Shown: one piece after another, positions 57,485-64,000 of the stretch
Layout of the letters: every line of letters begins with the position of its first letter
Position numbering within the stretch: position 1 is the first letter of the stretch
DNA from: Eledone cirrhosa
Lineage: Eukaryota
Direction of reading: 5' to 3'
Length of the DNA: 64,000 bases
Assembly (NCBI GenBank): GCA_964016885.1
Contig: OZ024743.1
Location: 112,096,001 to 112,160,000, forward strand
Notes under the pieces: generated by a model
The model's database searches: none
Told to the model about the DNA's origin: nothing
Seen by the model: only the letters and a program-made list of their open reading frames with translations
Made by a program: the position numbers and the translations under genes

Positions 57485-60400
57485 CTACAGGCTTATGTAA
57501 AGAGAAGGCCCATTCACACGGGCCATTCTCGCCACTTTCACCCACCTTTCATAAAAACGACTGGGGTGCAGCACCTCTCTCTCCATCCTGATCCTTCTTC
57601 CGAAATGATATCGGAAGAAACGGACCAGTTGTTGGCCAGAGAGAAAGGTGCCTGACCTCAGTCCTTTCAGACGCGTCCACCATACAACCTCTTTCGCCAT
57701 GGCTATTACGCACAGAAACACCGCCTCTGCTTCATCTTTGAAGGGGGGAGGCGGCTTGATCATTACAATAGACTCGGTGGTCAACCGGATCGGTCCCACC
57801 CTTGACAGCAGTTGTTCGACATAGCCCCACAGATCGGCTACGCCCGAGCAGTGTACCAATGCGTGTGCAACGGTTTCCTCGTCGCACACGCATCTGGGAC
57901 AGATCTTTTTGGCGGGGTCCCTACCCGGGCGCCCGTGTCTGTAGAGCCTTTCTCGAACGGGTAAAGCCCCTCGGTAGCACTGCCAGGCCAGGGACTTCTG
58001 GAAGTTGTCCATAGGTCTCGGGCTGAATGTCCTATCGAACAGGCTGGCCAGTTCGTCCTCCTCCATGTCTAGGGCTTCTCCGAGGGCGTCGTCGCACCTG
58101 CTGCGTACCAGCCCTCTATAGAATGTTGCGGTGGAGTCTCCACTGATAACCGGATCCGCCTGCCAGAGGGCGGTGAGCGCCTGGGCACACTCAGTGTGCC
58201 AGGCGCCCAGTTTTCTCGGTCTTTGCTTGACCCAGGATTGCAGCTCGGTGAGTGAGACGAGTCTGGGAAAGGTTCGTCTCACAAACGAGGCCCACACTGG
58301 TTGTCCGGTGAGGAATACGTAGAGGTGCCGTAGCCTTAATGCGTGTTTACGCATCATTAGCCACGGCATCCCCAGCCCTCCTTTCGAAGGGTGTTGACAG
58401 CAGATGGATCTCCTCACCATAGGAGCCCGCCTCTTCCAAAGGAATTGGAAGAGCGCGCGCTCCATCTTGGTGAGGGTTTCCCTTGGGCAGGGCACTACGG
58501 TCAGGCGGTAGTAGATGACGGACGCTATATAAGTGTTCGCCACCTCCGCCCGACCTTTCAGGGATAGTTTGCAACTGGCCCACTTCTGGGTCAGTGCAAA
58601 CACCCTGTTCGTAACCTCCGCCCAGTTTTTCTCCACCTGGAGGTCCGGTCCGAACCAGACCCCGAGCAACTTCACCGGGCCCTCCGTCCAGCGTCCGACG
58701 ACGCCATCAGAGGGCATCGGTCTGCCCCTCCACGTGCCGAGTTGCAAACCGATCGACTTGTCCCGGTTCAGCTTAGCCCCTGTGAACTTTTCGTACTCCT
58801 CCAGTAAGGTGCCGACCGCCTCGATTTCTGAGGCCGTTGACACCATTACTGTCACATCATCGGCGTAGGCTGACACCGCTTTCCGCAATCCCGGTTCCAA
58901 AGGGATGCCCTGCAACAACTCCAACTTCCGCAGTAGTGGCTCGAGAGTCAACACATACAGAAGGGAGGAGAGAGGGCACCCTTGTCGGATGGACCGCGCG
59001 ATTTTGAACGGCTCCGAGAGGTAGCCGTTCACCTTGACCCTAGAGCAGATGCGGCTGCTGTGCATAGCAGTGATCCAGCCCCTGAAAACGGGTCCGAAGC
59101 CTGCCGCCGCTAGCACCGCATCCAGGTAACCATGGTCGACCCTATCGAACGCCTTAGATTGATCCAAGTTGATCAGAGCCCCACCAAAGCCGGGTTCGTT
59201 CCCAACCCTCTCTATGATGTATCGCATGAGGTGGAGGTTGTCATGGATGGACCTGGACGGGATAGCGCATGTCTGCGCATCTCCCACCAGGTTGCCCACG
59301 ACAAGCGCCAACCTCTTTGCTAGCACCTTGGCCAAAATCTGTAACTCTGTATTTAGCAGAGTTATGGGCCTGAAGTTACTTATTTCGTCCCCCTTGTTCT
59401 CGTCCTTCCTCACTAGCGTGACTACGCCCTTGGTCACAGTACAGGGAATTCTCCCGTTCTGTTGCCAGTTGCAGTAGACCGCCTCGAGGAGATCGGGGAA
59501 CAAGTCCGGCATAGCTAGATATAATTCGTAAGGAAGACCATCAAGACCCGGGGATTTGCGTTTGCCGCATTGGCTCAGCACGTCCTCTATCTCAGCGGCC
59601 GAAATCGGCTCCTCGCAGGACTTCGCCTCCCTGTCCGAGAGGCGCGGCAGGCCGTCGAGGTATGGACCGAAGTCCACGTTCCCAACCGGCTCCCCGCCCC
59701 TCCCGAACAGTCGGGCAAAGACTTTGAAAGGCCTCACACATCTGCTTAGGCTCAAGAATCGCCCGTCCATCCAGGTCTCGCAAAGACCGGATGGTGGATT
59801 TAGTTCCACTGTTGGCCTCTGTCACGCGGGCCCAGCTAACAGCTTTGGCCCCCTCGTTCCCTAGAGCACGTATTTTACTTCGGACAACGCAGCCTTCGTG
59901 CTTCGCGTCGAAAAACTGGCTCAAAGCCGTTCTCGACGCTAGCACTCTGGCCACGTCGCCGCTTCTAATTGCCTCTTCTACTCTATCTATTAGCTCCCTT
60001 TCCTTCCTATTCCTATCCGCAGCTAGAACCTTACTAAATTCAATCGAGACTACTCTAATCTCTCTCTTTAGAGATACCCACCACCTGCTGTTGACGATCG
60101 CTCCAGTCAACCGTTCCTTAACTAACGTACTAATCCGATTCCTGTAGGCTCTACTTGCCGGCAAGGACAAGTTGAGCTTCCAGTAACCGGGGCCCTGTCT
60201 ATGAGTTCTGTCAAGGTTGACCATGCAGGTCACTAATTTGTGGTCTGAATAGCCAACCATGCGCATTTTTGGACAACTTAAAAAGTCCTTATCCTTAATT
60301 CTAACTAAGAACCTATCTAGGTACGACCTAGATGATCCGCTACGATTTGCCCAAGTCCAGGTTGGCGCAGTCGGAAAATCTAGTCGATATCTATCGGCCA

Positions 60401-60920
60401 GGTCAAATCGACCGATTAACCCTTTGAGGCTATTACACCCCTCTCTATCGGGGCAGGCCCCTACGTAGTCCCAGCGTGCATCTAGGATACCATTCCAGTC
60501 CCCCACTAATAGCAAGGAGCGGGACGTCCCCAGAAAAGTCTCCAGACGATGGAAGAAGTCCGGCCGCATTGACCCGAAAGGGCCGTAGGCGGCTACCAAC
60601 CTAAACGCTCCACCTTTACCACTGCCAAGGTCCAGAACCACTAGTCGACCCTCCGGGTCCAAATGTACCATCTGTGTTGCGAGACCCAGATGTTTTTGCA
60701 GCAGAACGACAACTCCACCCCCGCCTCCGGGCTGACAGAGAGATGCGTGCATCTCAAAGTCATCAAAGGCGGGGGCCAGCTGTCGCACGTTGCTGATCCG
60801 GGCCTCGCAAATAACCATCACATCTATACGTTGTGACCTGAGGTCATTTAGAAGCATTGCTTGCTTCCAAGTTGAGCCCAGGCCACGCGCATTTAAACAG
60901 CCTACTCTTAGCATAGCCAT
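57485..60920 (-). CDS. LINE ORF2 (APE endonuclease, RT, C-terminal zinc finger) with one frameshift near 59720
   Basis: LNARGL, GDWN, YLDRF and SDHKLV in 59592..60944. SPGLDGLP, NFRPITLLN, DQSKAFDRV, RQGCPLS, YADD and CPRC..ETVAHALVHC in 57485..59809. Confidence 0.93.
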
Positions 60921-60944
60921 GTTGGTAGTGAAGAGAAAAGGCAC

Positions 60945-62315
60945 TTACCTCTCTGCGTCCCGGGTATCGGGCTGCACAATTTCCATTAGGGTGGGGGATG
61001 GGTTGTTGGGTGGGGTGGTGGTTTGTGGAAGTGTGGGGGCATCAGTGTGATGTGTGGTTGGGGAGCTTGGAGTTGTGTGGGTGTTTGGGGAGGGGGTGGG
61101 ATAGTTTTTTAGGAGGACGCGGTTAATGGGCCCGACGCAGGGGGGACCCACGTCCTCTTTAAAATTGTTTTTTAAAGTTTTATAGGTGTCCTGTGGGGCC
61201 TTAATCATTTTGAGGTGGGGGAAATCCCCTGCCTGGGTGAAGTTAGGCCCTTGTGTTTTTATTAGATTGTTGTTGTACACAATGTTTAACAGTTTTTTGT
61301 TTCTTGTATTTATGTATGTGTATGCATGTTTTTGTTTTTGTGTGGTGTTTTTTGTTTGCTGTTGTTGTGAGCTCTTTTGTGTTGGTGTCAGTGTTATGTT
61401 TTGGGGAGGGGTTTTTTTCATTTGTGTGTCTGAGGTGTGTTTTCTTTTTTTTCTTTTGATTGTGTGGAAGTGCTCCTCCTCGTCTGACGACGAACTAGGG
61501 TCATCTTCCGCGTTGGAGGGGAGGGGTATATTTTCGGGTTGTGTTTGCGGTACGGGTGTTTTGGAAATTGTTTTTGTTTTTTGAGTGGAGGGGATGGGTT
61601 GGACATTGTTTTGTTTTGGTTTGAGCTGTGGTGGTTGTTTTTGTAGTGGTAGTTGTGGTGATTGTGTTGGTTGTGCAGTTGTTGGTGGTGTGGGCAGGAT
61701 TGGGGTTTTCTTATTAAGTTGGGGACAGACAGCCCTCAGGTGACCTCTGGTTCCGCAGAGGTAACACGAGGGCCGTCTACCCTCAACGGTAATGTTGATG
61801 AAGGTTAGATCATCCAGTATGACGCGTTCAGGGATCTGGGCGATCCTTTCGGGCCTCATTTGAACTACAAGTTCGAGGCTCGTTCCACTGAACGCGTCAC
61901 CCGATGCCTTTCCCATGGACACCAGCATGTCATCCTCCAGGTCCAGAAAACCTGTCAAAACCCACCATATGTCCATAATCGGCAGGATGGTGTGGATTTT
62001 TATTTTTTGTGTTCTTCTACCCATGTACGTAGGGTAGAAGGTGTATGCGGTGGATGTGATTGGTTTGATGGACAGTTTCACTGCTGTGTCCCTGTCCTTC
62101 ATGAGAATGGATAGACTCCCGTAGAGTCTATCCTTCTGAATGAAGGTGATGTCCTTCATGACGTCTTTTAAAACCAGCTCTATCTCGCTCTGTGATGGTT
62201 GAGCTGGTTTTTTACTTTTGTTCGAGATTGTCCTAAACATGACCGTGTTTAGGAGTCTCTGGCTTTTTAGTTCCGGGGGGGAATGGATTGTGAATGAACC
62301 ATTTTCCCCGTACAC
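60945..62315 (-). CDS. LINE ORF1 gag-like protein with CCHC zinc knuckle
   Basis: 456-aa open frame directly upstream of ORF2; CYLCGTRGHLRAVC, a P/T/Q-rich region and basic KRKKRK. Confidence 0.88.
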   Translation of the reverse strand: MYGENGSFTIHSPPELKSQRLLNTVMFRTISNKSKKPAQPSQSEIELVLKDVMKDITFIQKDRLYGSLSILMKDRDTAVKLSIKPITSTAYTFYPTYMGRRTQKIKIHTILPIMDIWWVLTGFLDLEDDMLVSMGKASGDAFSGTSLELVVQMRPERIAQIPERVILDDLTFINITVEGRRPSCYLCGTRGHLRAVCPQLNKKTPILPTPPTTAQPTQSPQLPLQKQPPQLKPKQNNVQPIPSTQKTKTISKTPVPQTQPENIPLPSNAEDDPSSSSDEEEHFHTIKRKKRKHTSDTQMKKTPPQNITLTPTQKSSQQQQTKNTTQKQKHAYTYINTRNKKLLNIVYNNNLIKTQGPNFTQAGDFPHLKMIKAPQDTYKTLKNNFKEDVGPPCVGPINRVLLKNYPTPSPNTHTTPSSPTTHHTDAPTLPQTTTPPNNPSPTLMEIVQPDTRDAER

Positions 62316-64000
62316 TATATATTTTTTCGCATCCGCCAGTAGCTCCTTCGCTTTTGTTATATCTACTGGCAGATAGTCGAGGGTTTTCCTTGTCGTCTCG
62401 GCGAAGGAGAAATTTTGTTTGTTTGTGTTGTTGTTGTCGTTGGTGGTGTTGTTGTTATCATTGTTGTTGTTGTCACCGTTATTGGTCTTGTTGTTGTTAT
62501 TGTTATTGTTATTGGTGTTGTTTTCGTCCGTCGCATTGTTGTTGTTGCTAGATATAGAGAGAGAGAGAGGGAGAGAGAGAGATTGGATATATTTAATAAT
62601 GTAGTTATATAAATAGCTCTAGAATGACAACAGCACCATCTTTCAACCATACCTCAGAATCAATAATGATTATGGCACAATGCGCAAAGAAAATAACCTG
62701 AAAGGTTTTATTTGCAGGAAATTTGGCAACCGAAAATCCCTTTATGAATAGTATAGTTTTATTAACAGCCATGTTTCATTGCAGAAGGAGCACTCGATAG
62801 GATCAGATAATTCAGTAAGGAACAACAAGGAATTCCAAGTTCTAACAGCGGTTAGAGAATAGAAACTAGAGTATGTAAGAGTTAATACGTAAATTTGCAT
62901 CATTACCTAAGGAAATATAATATCACTTGAAACCAAACAGTAAAACAATGAGTATAATAAAATATGAATAACAGTAAAGACGGCGAAAGACAACTAAAAT
63001 ATCTTTGATGTAAGAAGCAAAAAGGTTGTGCCAGAAAACCTATAACGTCTATCAACTCGTGCTATTTGCTTCATTAACTTTCAACATAAAACTGTCATTT
63101 TCACAACTTAAAAGAACTATTAGATTCTTCATGTTGGCCTTTCTGAGTCACAATGTTTTCTTAATAATAGATCCTATTTGATGTTTACTGAGGGTTCGTG
63201 GCCTTTTTCGTTACTTTAAAGTCTTTAAATCTATCTTCGTTTTATTGGTTGTCACACGATTTGTTTTAGATCTGCTGACCATATGTCAATAGATGACTTT
63301 TAATACTTCAGCCATAACGTTAGTATCCGCTGGACAGCCATAAAATAATCTGCAGAGAATGATATCTTAAATATCATTGATACCGAGAAATTAAATAAAG
63401 AAAGAAATATTGCACAACAAAAGACATTACCTCAACACAATTTAAACAAGGGATGATTAAAATATAGTTATCTAACGTATATATTGTTTCGGGAAGATGA
63501 TATATATAGGGTATATTTCCTAATCTTTTCACCTCATGGAAATTTCATATTATTGTAAGGCATAATTTTTAAACAAAACAAACAGACACCAATGATTTGT
63601 AAATGATACTTCGTGAACTTACTTTCAATTATGTTTGCAATTAGTTTATAGCTATTGGGACTTTAAATTGTTTATTTTGCTTCTGAGAACATTCATCACA
63701 AAAATGTCAGATGATATAGAGAGATGCTTCCTCAGGCATTTAAAATAGAAACATATCATCTTAATAACATTTAAATAACGTATATTGTTCTTATGCCCGA
63801 AAATGCGATTCTTAAATTTTTCGGGATCTTGTTATTTACGTGTTCGTTTTTGTTGTTTTTGTGTGCCTGTGAATGTGTGTTGGGAGCGTTTAGGGATTAT
63901 ATTTTATTCATCAAAATGTGTGATGCTACGTATATATTTTCTGAATACATCGATAGCAACAGTTATAATAAAATAGGCACAATGCCGGCAATTCTATTAG

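Noticed and set aside
62600-64000. Possible host exon or promoter in unique AT-rich sequence
   Set aside because: No recognisable ORF or motif; small exons cannot be excluded without RNA data.

Overview
Eukaryotic, AT-rich, microsatellite-saturated intergenic or intronic DNA. The SINE families and repeat load point to an octopus or other coleoid cephalopod (inference). No host gene is recognisable; nearly all short ORFs are translated simple repeats. Real coding content is retroelement-derived: a near-intact two-ORF L1/Tx1 LINE (57221-62550) plus two relatives, a young RTE LINE with an inverted 5' half (11222-14509), two Penelope-like elements (PLEs), two R4/Dong-type RLE LINEs in (CATA)n, and a Tc1/mariner relic. 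A non-autonomous Helitron, tiny MITEs and many tRNA-derived SINEs are also present, including a 9.5-unit head-to-tail SINE array. The most striking signal is a set of about ten minimal type-I hammerhead ribozyme motifs from several unrelated families. Most sit in short, often fold-back, non-coding PLE-type inserts in (TA)n tracts. Several share a YACTC...GAGTRC hairpin exactly where the inverted arm ends. All calls were made by eye; boundaries are approximate.
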